Assembly (NCBI GenBank): GCA_963817895.1 | Contig: CAWFQB010000001.1 | Span: forward strand, 1,568,001 to 1,632,000 | Direction: 5' to 3' | DNA length: 64,000 bases | Origin: an uncultured Chthonomonadaceae bacterium | GTDB taxonomy: Bacteria > Armatimonadota > Chthonomonadetes > Chthonomonadales > Chthonomonadaceae | Part shown: piece after piece, positions 1-9,084 of the stretch | How the letters are laid out: the number at the start of each line of letters is the position of its first letter | Numbering within the stretch: position 1 is the first letter of the stretch | Translations under genes and position numbers: made by a program | Notes under the pieces: model-generated | Database searches by the model: none | Told to the model about the DNA's origin: nothing | What the model saw: only the letters and a program-made list of their open reading frames with translations

Positions 1-308
1 CTCAAACCCCTGTTCTCGTTTGCCGGGCTGGGCGTTCGCATCGGCCCGACACGCGAGGAGATCGAAGCCATAGCCAGACCGTTCGCAGTACATATTACAG
101 GAGAAAGTCGCGTTCGCGCCCCACATCGCAACGCCGTTCGGCCCGACCAAAGCGGAAATCCGTATCATGTATATCTGGCAGGACGAACTCCGCGCCGTCT
201 GCCCCCTGATTCGCATGGGCCGGGGCAGCATGATGGGCGTAGACCAGAACCGCAATCATGGAATGGGTCGGCGCATCCGCCGGTTTTCATCCTGTTGCCG
301 CCGGTTGA
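1..308 (+). CDS. 3' end of conserved hypothetical protein, possibly ATP-grasp-like; partial, frame changes
   Basis: Joined frames read LKPLFSFAGLGV...YILQEKVAFAP...KAEIRIMYIW...LIRMGRGSMMGVDQN..WVGASAG, TGA at 306-308. Confidence 0.5.
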
Positions 309-357
309 TGAAGTCAGATACAGGGAATTGCGTATTTCTTTAAGTCAGGAGGCTGCC

Positions 358-570
358 ATGTTGGACATAACGGAAGTTCAGTATGTGTCGGATGCAGAAG
401 GCAAGAACATCGGGGTGATTGTGCCGATAGCATTATGGCGCGAATTGGCATCCGAACGGGAAACCGCGTACCTGCTGAAAAGCGAGACGATGAAGCGTCG
501 CCTGCTGGAAGCCAAAGATCGCAACGAAGGTATATCGCTTGAGGACGCCCGTGAAAAACTTGGAATTTGA
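358..570 (+). CDS. YefM/Phd-like antitoxin
   Basis: GGAGG RBS before ATG 358; ETAYLLKSETMKRRLLEA motif; overlaps downstream toxin. Confidence 0.8.
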   Translation: MLDITEVQYVSDAEGKNIGVIVPIALWRELASERETAYLLKSETMKRRLLEAKDRNEGISLEDAREKLGI

Positions 571-814
571 CGCCAATGCTTTTGAGGATTTGCAGTGGTG
601 GGTAGAGCATGACCGCAAAGTTGCTTTGCGCGTCTTCAAGTTAATACAGGAAGCGCAGCGTGCGCCTTACGAGGGTACAGGCCAACCAGAGCCGTTGAAA
701 CACGAGTTGACAGGCTGTTGGTCACGGCGCATCACGCAGGAACACCGACTTGTGTACCGCGTGAGTGAGGAAGAAGACAAAATTCGCGTACTGGCCTGTC
801 GCTACCACTACTAA
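551..814 (+). CDS. yoeB: Txe/YoeB family mRNA interferase toxin
   Basis: GTG start; GTGQPEPLKHELTGCWSRRITQEHRLVY and C-terminal CRYHY. Confidence 0.92.
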   Translation: MKNLEFDANAFEDLQWWVEHDRKVALRVFKLIQEAQRAPYEGTGQPEPLKHELTGCWSRRITQEHRLVYRVSEEEDKIRVLACRYHY

Positions 815-840
815 ACAACCTTGTAAACGAGGCAGATACG

Positions 841-1092
841 ATGCAAACCTTGAAATCAAAACTGCTTGAACGTTTATTGTGGCCGATTATGACAGGGTTG
901 TTGTGGGTTGGCCCAATCATGCTTGTTGCAGCATTTGCGTTTCTGCCCATTTACTGTTCAACTTTGTCACACAATCAGGCATGGGCGCATTTAGCAGACA
1001 TTGCTTTCTTCTCTTTCCTGGTTTGGGTCGCAGGTGTAATCTTCGTGTACATTCTGATGAACTTATGTGGATTTGATGAGCGTGGTTTTTAA
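841..1092 (+). CDS. small hypothetical membrane protein
   Basis: 83 aa with two hydrophobic segments, fills the gap between genes. Confidence 0.55.
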   Translation: MQTLKSKLLERLLWPIMTGLLWVGPIMLVAAFAFLPIYCSTLSHNQAWAHLADIAFFSFLVWVAGVIFVYILMNLCGFDERGF

Positions 1093-1138
1093 CTTTCAAC
1101 CTTGTCGCAAACCAGATTAGCCATATAAGGGAGCAGAA

Positions 1139-1519
1139 ATGCAAACGGACCAGTTGATTGAGGAAGCGCGTAAGCGCGTCGGGCAGTTTTCGCTTTCAGA
1201 AGCGGATTTGACGGCGGGATCAGTGTCTGCCGCGCTTGTCACGGAAGCGGGAAACGTGTACACGGGCATCTGTCTTGATCTGGCCTGCGGCATCGGCTTT
1301 TGCGCGGAACATTCCGCCATTGCCGCCATGCTGCTCAACCGCGAAACGGTTATCTGGAAAATCGTTGCTGTCTCTGTTAGCAGGATTTTGCCGCCGTGTG
1401 GACGCTGCCGCGAATTGATGTTACAGGTTGACCGCCGTAATCTCGACTGCGAAGTTCTCTTACCGGAGGGTAGAACGGCAACCTTGCGCGAGTTGCTGCC
1501 CCATGCGTGGCTGCTTTAG
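1139..1519 (+). CDS. cytidine deaminase-like zinc-dependent deaminase
   Basis: CAEHSAIA and PCGRCRE zinc motifs. Confidence 0.88.
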   Translation: MQTDQLIEEARKRVGQFSLSEADLTAGSVSAALVTEAGNVYTGICLDLACGIGFCAEHSAIAAMLLNRETVIWKIVAVSVSRILPPCGRCRELMLQVDRRNLDCEVLLPEGRTATLRELLPHAWLL

Positions 1520-1540
1520 CAGCAAAGGCGTATCGGAATT

Positions 1541-1894
1541 ATGCCCGGTTCGTTCAACAACAACGCGCGCAAAGCACACAACAGGGGACTCCCTCTATCG
1601 GTTCGGTACTCGGCGCTGAGTTCTTGTATGTTGCGAATGGGTTGGCTGACGGGAAGAACGTTTCTACTGATTCGTTCACGTTATGCGCCACAACTGGATA
1701 CCGGCAGTTCTATCAGGCTGAATGAAGCGCAGTTGCTTGTCGCCATTGAGCGTGACCGTAACATCTATCTTGAAGCGTTACGAAGATTCGAGCGGCTGCG
1801 TATTCGCCAGAAGCAACGCGGGCTGCGCCATCCACTCAAGAGGGATAAAGAAGTTCTGGCTGTGACGGCACAAGCGTTGCTGCATCGTTTATAA
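1541..1894 (+). CDS. hypothetical basic protein
   Basis: 117 aa ORF followed directly by a terminator hairpin. Confidence 0.5.
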   Translation: MPGSFNNNARKAHNRGLPLSVRYSALSSCMLRMGWLTGRTFLLIRSRYAPQLDTGSSIRLNEAQLLVAIERDRNIYLEALRRFERLRIRQKQRGLRHPLKRDKEVLAVTAQALLHRL

Positions 1895-1925
1895 ATACGC
1901 CGGTTTGAAACCCGGCGTATTTTGT
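1893..1925. terminator. intrinsic terminator, likely bidirectional
   Basis: AAATACGCCGG-loop-CCGGCGTATTT then T-run, between convergent genes. Confidence 0.75.
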
Positions 1926-1956
1926 TGGTAACAGCTTGAAGGAGCGAGAAAGTAGT

Positions 1957-2970
1957 TCAGGGCTTTACGGTGAAATGCCATATCTGCATGGTTCTGTTGC
2001 CCGCCCGGTCGGATACTTGAAGTTCGACGGTTTGTTCGCCTTCACTCAGAGCCATCATGGGCGTGTACATAATGTGGTCTGCCGTCACCTGCGCGCTGCC
2101 GGTCACGTCGCGCCCATTGACGCGCAGATGGAGGGAAGCAATGTCAATGCCGCTGCCCTCGTCGCGCAGGTCGGCGGCGATTGCAGGTGTGGCGGACGCG
2201 GTTTCCTGTGGGCTTATGTTTGCGATGGTCGGGGGCAGCGCGTCAATTTGCAACGCGCACGACGCGGGCATCGGGTCCGCCGCTTTGCCGTTCGCGCGGA
2301 GTTCGCCCGTCACCGTAAACGGCGTTGTCGGAAACGGTTTGTCGGCGGGAACGATCCACGAACCGAGATATTGGCCGGGGGACGATTCGCGCATGACGAC
2401 ATTGCCCGACAGCGTTCCCACATGAAAGACCGCCTGCGCGCCGGGTGTACCCTGCATCGTGACATAAACGGTTTCACCCACCCGCAGCCATTTTTGCGCG
2501 TCCTGATTGAAATAGGTAATGACCGGCGCATTGACGGGAACGGGCGCGGCGACCGGCGGTTTCGTGGGCATCACGCGGGGAGGAACCGCACCGGCAAGCA
2601 AAGCAAGGGGTTGCTGTCCATTGCCTTTTGATTTTTGGCTTGCGCCACTGGTGATTTTAACCTGCTTGTTTTGCTTTGCGCCGCGTTCCGCATGGCTGCG
2701 CGATTTGGTTTTTGCCGATTGAGCCGCGCTTACAGTTTTCATCCGCGATGTTTCCGATGTTACCGGCGATATGTTGAATTGCGCAGAACCCGGCGCAGTT
2801 GGAACCGCAGCTTGTCCGTATGTGGGGACGGGCAGAAACGAAAACGTTGCCATTCCTGCCGCGCCCATGATTCCCGCCACAACGATTGTCAACGCGCCGC
2901 GTTCCGCCCTGTGCGCTCCGATAATTTTACGCGCAGACTGAAGCCTGCTTGATCTACACATTTCCGCCAA
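1957..2970 (-). CDS. secreted or membrane-anchored protein with C-terminal Ig-like domains
   Basis: N-terminal hydrophobic segment, low-complexity linker, DEGSGID...VSDRAGN...WHFTV Ig-like pattern; start uncertain. Confidence 0.65.
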   Translation of the reverse strand: MAEMCRSSRLQSARKIIGAHRAERGALTIVVAGIMGAAGMATFSFLPVPTYGQAAVPTAPGSAQFNISPVTSETSRMKTVSAAQSAKTKSRSHAERGAKQNKQVKITSGASQKSKGNGQQPLALLAGAVPPRVMPTKPPVAAPVPVNAPVITYFNQDAQKWLRVGETVYVTMQGTPGAQAVFHVGTLSGNVVMRESSPGQYLGSWIVPADKPFPTTPFTVTGELRANGKAADPMPASCALQIDALPPTIANISPQETASATPAIAADLRDEGSGIDIASLHLRVNGRDVTGSAQVTADHIMYTPMMALSEGEQTVELQVSDRAGNRTMQIWHFTVKP

Positions 2971-3136
2971 AACCTCATTATCCTAAATTTCAGGGCGATG
3001 CCCCTCTGCATCATTGTAGCGCATAATTCGCAAATGCGCTATTTCCGCTACGGAATTTGTCCGTTTGCAATATTGACACGCGAAAATAGAGGCTGCCTCG
3101 AAAGGCAACCTCCTAATTTGTTGTGTATGTCTGGTT

Positions 3137-3907
3137 TCAACCCGCCAGAGCGTAATTGTTCGCGGACTGCTCCTGCGCGGACAACATCGCAAGCGAATCA
3201 GAGACGCGGCGGGCATGGGCGGCTTCTTCGCTCAACGCCATCTCGTCACGCTCCTGCGCCTCTTCCTGACTTTGCAGTTTCAGGATGTTCTGGCGCAGCA
3301 ACTGCCGTCCGCGATGCAGGCGGCTGCGAATGGTTCCTACCGGGCAGCCCACATACTGCGCGATTTCTTCATAACTGTAACCCTGCACATCGGCCAGAAC
3401 GACGGCTTTGCGATAATCGCAGGGCAGAGCGGACAGGGCGCGGCGAACCCGCCGCCCGGTTTCCGCTCGCAGATACGATTGTTCCGGCATAGCGCTGGGA
3501 CGATCATCGGCAAGGCAGGCCAGCAACGGCGCGCCCGCGCCTTCCGCGCCTGAGCGCCCGCCCGCCCGCGCGCCGCGCGAACGCCCCCCGCCCGTACCCT
3601 CGGCGTCCAGTGAACAGACGGGCATCCCCGAATGTCGTCGCCAGCGATCAATGGCAAGATTGGAAATAATGCGGAACAGCCAGCCCTCGAAGGGACGGGA
3701 GCGGTCATAGCGATCAAAAGCGGACCACACGCGCATAAACGCTTCCTGCGTTAAATCCTCGGCATCGGTCGCGTTGCCCATCATGCGGTAAGCGGCGCTA
3801 TAGGCCCGACTGTAGTTGCGCCGCAGCAGGTCTTCGAATTCAGCGGTCGTCTCGGCGGGCCGGCAGTCCCGGTCTGTTGCGCGCCCTTCGTGGGTAGCTA
3901 TCGTCAT
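3137..3907 (-). CDS. ECF RNA polymerase sigma factor
   Basis: Region 2 DAEDLTQEAFMRVW...FEGWLFRIISNLAID; region 4 GYSYEEIAQYVGCPVGTIRSRLHRGR. Confidence 0.93.
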   Translation of the reverse strand: MTIATHEGRATDRDCRPAETTAEFEDLLRRNYSRAYSAAYRMMGNATDAEDLTQEAFMRVWSAFDRYDRSRPFEGWLFRIISNLAIDRWRRHSGMPVCSLDAEGTGGGRSRGARAGGRSGAEGAGAPLLACLADDRPSAMPEQSYLRAETGRRVRRALSALPCDYRKAVVLADVQGYSYEEIAQYVGCPVGTIRSRLHRGRQLLRQNILKLQSQEEAQERDEMALSEEAAHARRVSDSLAMLSAQEQSANNYALAG

Positions 3908-4212
3908 TCGTGTGTCCCCCTGATTCCTTTGCAATAGGCTGCAATAAGTGCAGATTCAACTCTGTTCTGCGTTTCGGGCGCGACGAGCATGGCCGCGTGC
4001 TGGTGAATGTCGGCGTGGATGAACAGCCGAAACCTCTGTGTCTTAAACTCTGTCATCAACGCAAACGCTGCCCTGCGCGAGTATGGCACAGGAGATGGGA
4101 AAGGCGCGATGCGGAAAGTGTCGTTGGATTTGTCTAAGGTTCGCCCTGTGGAAAAGAATTTTTAAGGGCAATGCGGGAGCGTTGCTGATATTCCTTTCCG
4201 GGTTTCGTATGG

Positions 4213-4240
4213 TAGACGCCGCGCGTTCAAGTGAGGTTCC
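4213..4240 (-). promoter_or_regulatory. ECF-type promoter upstream of the ECF sigma gene
   Basis: Minus strand reads GGAACC-N16-CGTCTA, about 300 nt upstream of the ATG. Confidence 0.6.
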
Positions 4241-4282
4241 CGGTTTTCAGGCAAGAATTTAGAAGAAATCGGGAAAGAAAAC

Positions 4283-4320
4283 AGCCGCGAATATACGCGA
4301 ATGAACGCAAATATACGGAA
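4283..4320 (+). repeat. 10-bp-period repeat (AGCCGCGAAT...ACGCGAAT...)
   Basis: Near-identical copies at 32101-32134 and 59752-59784. Confidence 0.8.
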
Positions 4321-4547
4321 ACAACCGAAGCGGGCTGTCATTAAGGAACAAATGTTCTGCTTCACCTGTCTTATGCGCGACACGGGAATAGTTCTAAGGA
4401 TGTATTTTTGTGTTGCCTCACCTGCTATTCTTTAGCAGGCGCTTTCAATAATGAGGACACGATTAGAACGCAGGCACAATCCGAACGTGGACACAACAAG
4501 TTGTGTCCCTACTCTATCTCCTCTGCATACTCAAGAAGGCCGCTCTG

Positions 4548-4907
4548 ATGCAAATCGTTTACTGGATTTTTCTTATTTTGACCGGGCTGATCTTTGTTGT
4601 CGGCATTGTGGCCCTGACGATCAGCGGGGTTGGGTTCTACCGGCTGGTTTCTGAAACCGCGCCCTTTCTGGATGAAACGAAGGACAACGTTCAGGATTTG
4701 GGCGATCTTGCCGCCAACACGGTGGGGCGAGTGGCGGATACCGTTGATCTTGTCGAAATGCGCGTGTCGCAAACCATGGCGCAGGCGACGCAGGGCGGCA
4801 TTTCCGCAACCAAACAGGCGTTGAGCGTGGGTACGGTTCTGGCCGGTATCTACATGGCCTCCCGCGTCCTCGGCCTTGCGCGGCAACAGTTTAAGAAGAG
4901 GCACTAG
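4548..4907 (+). CDS. membrane-anchored coiled-coil protein (DUF948-like)
   Basis: N-terminal TM helix, amphipathic middle, C-terminal hydrophobic segment. Confidence 0.65.
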   Translation: MQIVYWIFLILTGLIFVVGIVALTISGVGFYRLVSETAPFLDETKDNVQDLGDLAANTVGRVADTVDLVEMRVSQTMAQATQGGISATKQALSVGTVLAGIYMASRVLGLARQQFKKRH

Positions 4908-4973
4908 ATACGAGATACAAGGTCAATGCCCTGGTACATCAGAGTTTTACTCATATCTCGTGTCTCATATCTC
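4906..4973. repeat. inverted pair of AGATACG heptamer arrays
   Basis: AGATACGAGATACAA (4906-4920) vs CTCATATCTCGTGTCTCATATCTC (4950-4973). Confidence 0.7.
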
Positions 4974-4986
4974 ACAAAGGCGCACT

Positions 4987-6375
4987 ATGCTGGAAATAAG
5001 AATTCACGCTTCGGACGGCAGGCGATGGCGGCGCAATGGGGCGCTGCTGCTTGGCCTGCTGTTCGCGGTGTATGTCGGGTATGTGGTACGCGAAATTTGG
5101 CTGCCGTTGATGATCGCGTTTTTGATCGCGATGGTGCTGGACCCGCTTGTAGATAAGATGGAGAGCCGGGGCTGGTCGCGCTTAAAGGGCGCAGTCGTGA
5201 TTTACGTGCTGTTCTTCGCCCTGCTTGGCGGTGGATTGACGTTCGCGGTTCCCGCTGTTGTAAGCCAGACTACCGCCATCACGCGAGAAATCGGACAATA
5301 CCTGCCCAGCGATACGGGCAAAGATGCCGAGTCGAAAACTCGGCATAATCTGAAACTTCTGCTGATACGCATGCGCGCTACGCCTGTTGTGGAGAATACC
5401 GTTCTACGGGCAAGCGGGCAGATCAGTAATGCTTTTACCCATGCCAACTCGTGGTTCGGCAAGGCGGCGGAATCCGCGCTTGAAAATCTGCTATGGGTGA
5501 TTATCATTCCGCTCGTTTCGTTTTACGCCTTGAAAGACCTGCATCTGATTTATGCCCGCCTGCTGTTGATGATACCGCGCCAGAACCGGGCAACGGCGCA
5601 AAACCTGCTCAATGAGGTCAGTTCGATTTTTGTGCGCTATCTGCGCGGCCTGATGATCGTGTGCGCCCTGAATGGACTGGCGACGTTTTTGCTGCTGTGG
5701 AAATTCGGGGTTCCCAATGCGGCGGGGTTGGCGGCGATTTCGGGCGTAATGTACATGGTTCCTTATATCGGGGCTGCGCTGACGATTCTGCTGGTCGGCG
5801 GCGTATGCCTGATGGCAAGCAAGCCGGTTCTGCTGATCGTGTTTCTGATGGTATTGCTGCACCATGTCTTTTTTGATCAGTTCGTCACGCCGCGCATTGT
5901 CGGGCAGCATGTCGGCCTGCATCCCATTCTGAGCATTATCGCGCTGCTGATGGGCGCGACCCTGCTCGGTATTCCGGGCATGATTCTGGCCGTTCCCATT
6001 GCCGCAACCGTGCAAATGATTCTGCTGGCGATTTTTCCGAAATTGGGCAGTCCGATTGAAGTGCCGACCGGCGAGGAGTTGCACAACCGCGTGGAAGCGG
6101 CGAGCAATTTGCCCGCGCCCTCAGACGAACCGAGGCAGGCGAGTACAGCGCAGCCCACCGGCACAATGGCGCAGGTGAGCGCGGTGCATCAGACCATTGT
6201 GGACGCAGTGGATGAGGCCGAAATCGCGGAAGCAACCGCGTCAAAGCCCGTTTCACCCCTGCTGTCGCAATCCCCGGCGCAGGCGCAGGTGTTGGATGAC
6301 GAGGCCGAAGAGGGCCGCAAGCAGGCTCCCGGCCTGCTGACCGGAACCAACAAAACGCATTATTCATCTTCATAA
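4987..6375 (+). CDS. AI-2E family (PerM-like) transporter
   Basis: Multiple TM helices; VPYIGA, TPRIVGQHVGLHP and GIPGMILAVPIAA motifs. Confidence 0.9.
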   Translation: MLEIRIHASDGRRWRRNGALLLGLLFAVYVGYVVREIWLPLMIAFLIAMVLDPLVDKMESRGWSRLKGAVVIYVLFFALLGGGLTFAVPAVVSQTTAITREIGQYLPSDTGKDAESKTRHNLKLLLIRMRATPVVENTVLRASGQISNAFTHANSWFGKAAESALENLLWVIIIPLVSFYALKDLHLIYARLLLMIPRQNRATAQNLLNEVSSIFVRYLRGLMIVCALNGLATFLLLWKFGVPNAAGLAAISGVMYMVPYIGAALTILLVGGVCLMASKPVLLIVFLMVLLHHVFFDQFVTPRIVGQHVGLHPILSIIALLMGATLLGIPGMILAVPIAATVQMILLAIFPKLGSPIEVPTGEELHNRVEAASNLPAPSDEPRQASTAQPTGTMAQVSAVHQTIVDAVDEAEIAEATASKPVSPLLSQSPAQAQVLDDEAEEGRKQAPGLLTGTNKTHYSSS

Positions 6376-6377
6376 TG

Positions 6378-6476
6378 CAGGTATTCAGGTGTTCGGGTGT
6401 TCAGGACAATACATGAGTACACGTTTGCTTTAGCGCGGAAAATCTATCAACCCAATACCTGAACACCTGAATACCT
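6378..6476. repeat. inverted pair of CAGGTGTT/CGGGTGTT octamer arrays
   Basis: 6378-6405 vs 6451-6476, between convergent genes. Confidence 0.8.
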
Positions 6477-7347
6477 ATTCCACCGGAGGATGATCGGTGT
6501 CGCCGTTGGCATGGCCGCCGTTCCAGTTGTAGATTTCGCCGCCGATGCGTCCGTAGCGGGGATTGTGCGGGCCGGAAGCGGGCGCGTAGTGTTCTACGGA
6601 CAGGCTGACGGCGTGACCATCGGCGGCGACCACCGCAAGTTTGCCCCCGTGCGTGGCGGGATACGGCCACAAATCCTCTACGCGGTCCGCCACATCGCCG
6701 TATTCCAACCGCGCAAGGTTTCGGCTTTCCGCTTCCGACTGTGGGGCGCGTAACCTATCGGCAGACATCGGGCCGGCCTCCACAAACAGCGCGGTTTGGG
6801 CGGATAGTTCCAGATTGTCTACGGGAAACGGCCCGGGCGCGAACGTGTCCCAAAAGCGCGTATTGAGCGCGTAACCGGTTTCAACATCAAACCCGCGAGT
6901 AGGGTCATGCAGCGCAGGCCGCCGTTCCCCGGCAGGATTGGCAGGGTTGTCCAGAATGGCCGTCGTCGCGCCATACGCGCCCAATCGCTTGTTCCACGTC
7001 AGCCAGTATGCTTTGCCGCCCTTCTCCTCTCCGCGCCGTTCCACTGTAGGAACCGGCGCGCCATCCCAATCCTGCGCATACAACTGCCACGCATCCGCCA
7101 ACCGCCGCATATTCGACAAACTCCGCGCCCGCTGTTCCCCCGTCCGTTGCCACATCAGCAACGGCGGCAAGCCGATAATCAGCCCGACAATCAGCAGCGC
7201 GAAAACGAGAATACGCCATTTGAAGGGAAAAGGGAAGAGGGAAGAGGGAAGAGAGACAGTCTTCCCTTCTCGTATCTCGTATCTCGTATCTCGTATCTCG
7301 TCTTTTCCCTCTTCCCTTTTCCCTTTTCCCTCTCCTAATGTTCCCAT
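6475..7347 (-). CDS. DUF1559-like protein with H-X9-DG C-terminal motif and TM anchor
   Basis: RARSLSNMRRLADAWQLYAQDWD and HGGKLAVVAADGH; ATG 7347 overlaps the upstream gene end; N-terminus is repeat-encoded. Confidence 0.75.
   Translation of the reverse strand: MGTLGEGKGKREEGKDEIRDTRYEIREGKTVSLPSSLFPFPFKWRILVFALLIVGLIIGLPPLLMWQRTGEQRARSLSNMRRLADAWQLYAQDWDGAPVPTVERRGEEKGGKAYWLTWNKRLGAYGATTAILDNPANPAGERRPALHDPTRGFDVETGYALNTRFWDTFAPGPFPVDNLELSAQTALFVEAGPMSADRLRAPQSEAESRNLARLEYGDVADRVEDLWPYPATHGGKLAVVAADGHAVSLSVEHYAPASGPHNPRYGRIGGEIYNWNGGHANGDTDHPPVE
7224..7331. repeat. nested heptamer repeat element
   Basis: (AGGGAAR)4 at 7224-7253, about five TCTCGTA units at 7268-7301, inverted (YTTCCCT)4 at 7302-7331. 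Confidence 0.85.
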
Positions 7348-9005
7348 TCGTACCTCGCAATCCGCCTTGCGCCAATTTCCATAGGGATGCCGATGACCAG
7401 AAGCGTGAGCAGCAGATGCACGGCGAAGGCAATAGCGAGAATGGGAACGGGAGAAACGGCGGAACCTCCACTGGCAATCGCCAAAATCGCGAACCCGAAG
7501 CACAACAGCGTGAGCAGCATATAGCCCGTCGTGGCGAAAAAACTGACGATGAGCGCCCACGGGCTGACGCGCAGAGCGGGGTTGTCGTGCAGGAAGCGAG
7601 GCAGGGCGGCGGAAATACCCACGCCAATCCCGCACAATCCCGCCGCGCACAGGGCAATGATGCCCGACCTCGACTCCCATCCACAGGGGTTCCGCGCCGA
7701 AACTCGCGCCCGCGATCACACTCAAGATGATGGCAAGCCCGCCTGAAAGGGTCACGCTGATAAGGAATTTTGCCCATAGCAATGCGCGGCGCGAGGAGGG
7801 GGCGAGGAGCAGCAGCCAGAAACCCTGCGCTTCCATGCCGAGCAGCGACAGGGACAAGATACTTGTCTGGATAAACAGAATAAACGTGATGATCACGGCG
7901 GAAAATGGAAACAGTTCGGAACGGGCTGCGCTCGTGCCGAGCGCGCGGTTTTGCAGGCCGATGAGATAGGGGACGAGGAACAGAATCAACGGTACGCTGA
8001 GTTGGGACAGCAGCATGGTATCGCGCCACACGTACTTCATGTCCTTGACCAGAATGGCGGCAATGGGAGGGCCGACAAGTCGCCGCAACCGCCGCGCGTC
8101 ATCCTTTCCCGTTGGCGCGATATGCCCGCTGTTCTGATGCTCTTCGCCAACACTGGCATTGGACAGCAGCAACCCGCCAAGCGTCATGCAGGCCGCGAAC
8201 AGACCGCCGCATAAGAGCAGAATGCGCAGGAGACAGCCAGACGGCCTGAACGGTCGCGGTCGGTTCGCGCTGCGCCAGTCCCACAACCACGCCCGCGAAC
8301 CACGCGGAGGGGAGCAGATGCGCGGAAACGGATGTGGCATGAAGCGCGGGCTGAAATGCGGCCGGTTGTCCGCTCAAACCGCCGAACTTGAACGGCAGGT
8401 TACGCGCTTCCAGCACAAAGGTCACGCACACGCCAATGCCCATCAGCACATTGACAAGGGTAATCACGCCCCGCAGCCGCGCCATGCCCAACCCGGCGAG
8501 GGCAAGCAGCAGGGCAAGGGCGGTCAGCAGGGCGGGCAGCAGCACGAACAGCGCGATGAGCAGCAGGACAAGCGGCCACTGCCAGGCGGGACAGGCGCAG
8601 GGCGAACGCGCCGGCAACGATGGCGGGCAGGCCGATGATGGTGAATTGCAGCGAGTTGGTGATGGTGGCGTCCAGCAGTTTGGCGGCGACAACGGTTCGG
8701 GGCGGAATGGGCGCGGCAAACAGCAGGCTGTAATCGGCGGATTGGAACAGGGTCGAGGCGACAAACGGCACGGCTCCCGCGAACAGCAGCAGGAACAGAT
8801 AATAGAACGCCTGATAGATGGTTTCGGGCAGGACGCCCGCGCCTTTGGCGAACTGAAAAAAGAACAAAAACCCAAGAAACATGCCGCCGAACAGACAGAT
8901 ACCCGTCACGCCCAGCGACATGGCGACAACCGGGCGGTTGCGCCACGTTTCCAACACCACATTGCGCCCGGACAGCAGGCGCGTTCGCATCAACAGCCAG
9001 AACAT
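7335..9005 (-). CDS. putative ABC-2 type exporter permease, split over several frames (probable indel errors)
   Basis: LFQSADYSLLFAAPIPPRTVVAAK, AILVKDMKYVWRD and EAQGFWLLLLAPSSRRALLWAKF segments in successive frames. Confidence 0.8.
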
Positions 9006-9084
9006 TCGCGCAGCACACTCATTTCCCGCAAGGTTTACGAAACTCTCGTTCTATTATAGCAAACCGACGGGAAAATAGTTGCTT

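Noticed and set aside
812..1540. Integron attC sites between the small genes
   Set aside because: Spacers are only 21-46 bp and lack paired RYYYAAC/GTTRRRY boxes; no integrase is seen.
6475..8340. 621-aa ORF suggesting a permease::DUF1559 fusion
   Set aside because: The permease C-terminus continues in another frame and ends at 7335 (YEWEH*); the long ORF is a frameshift chimera.
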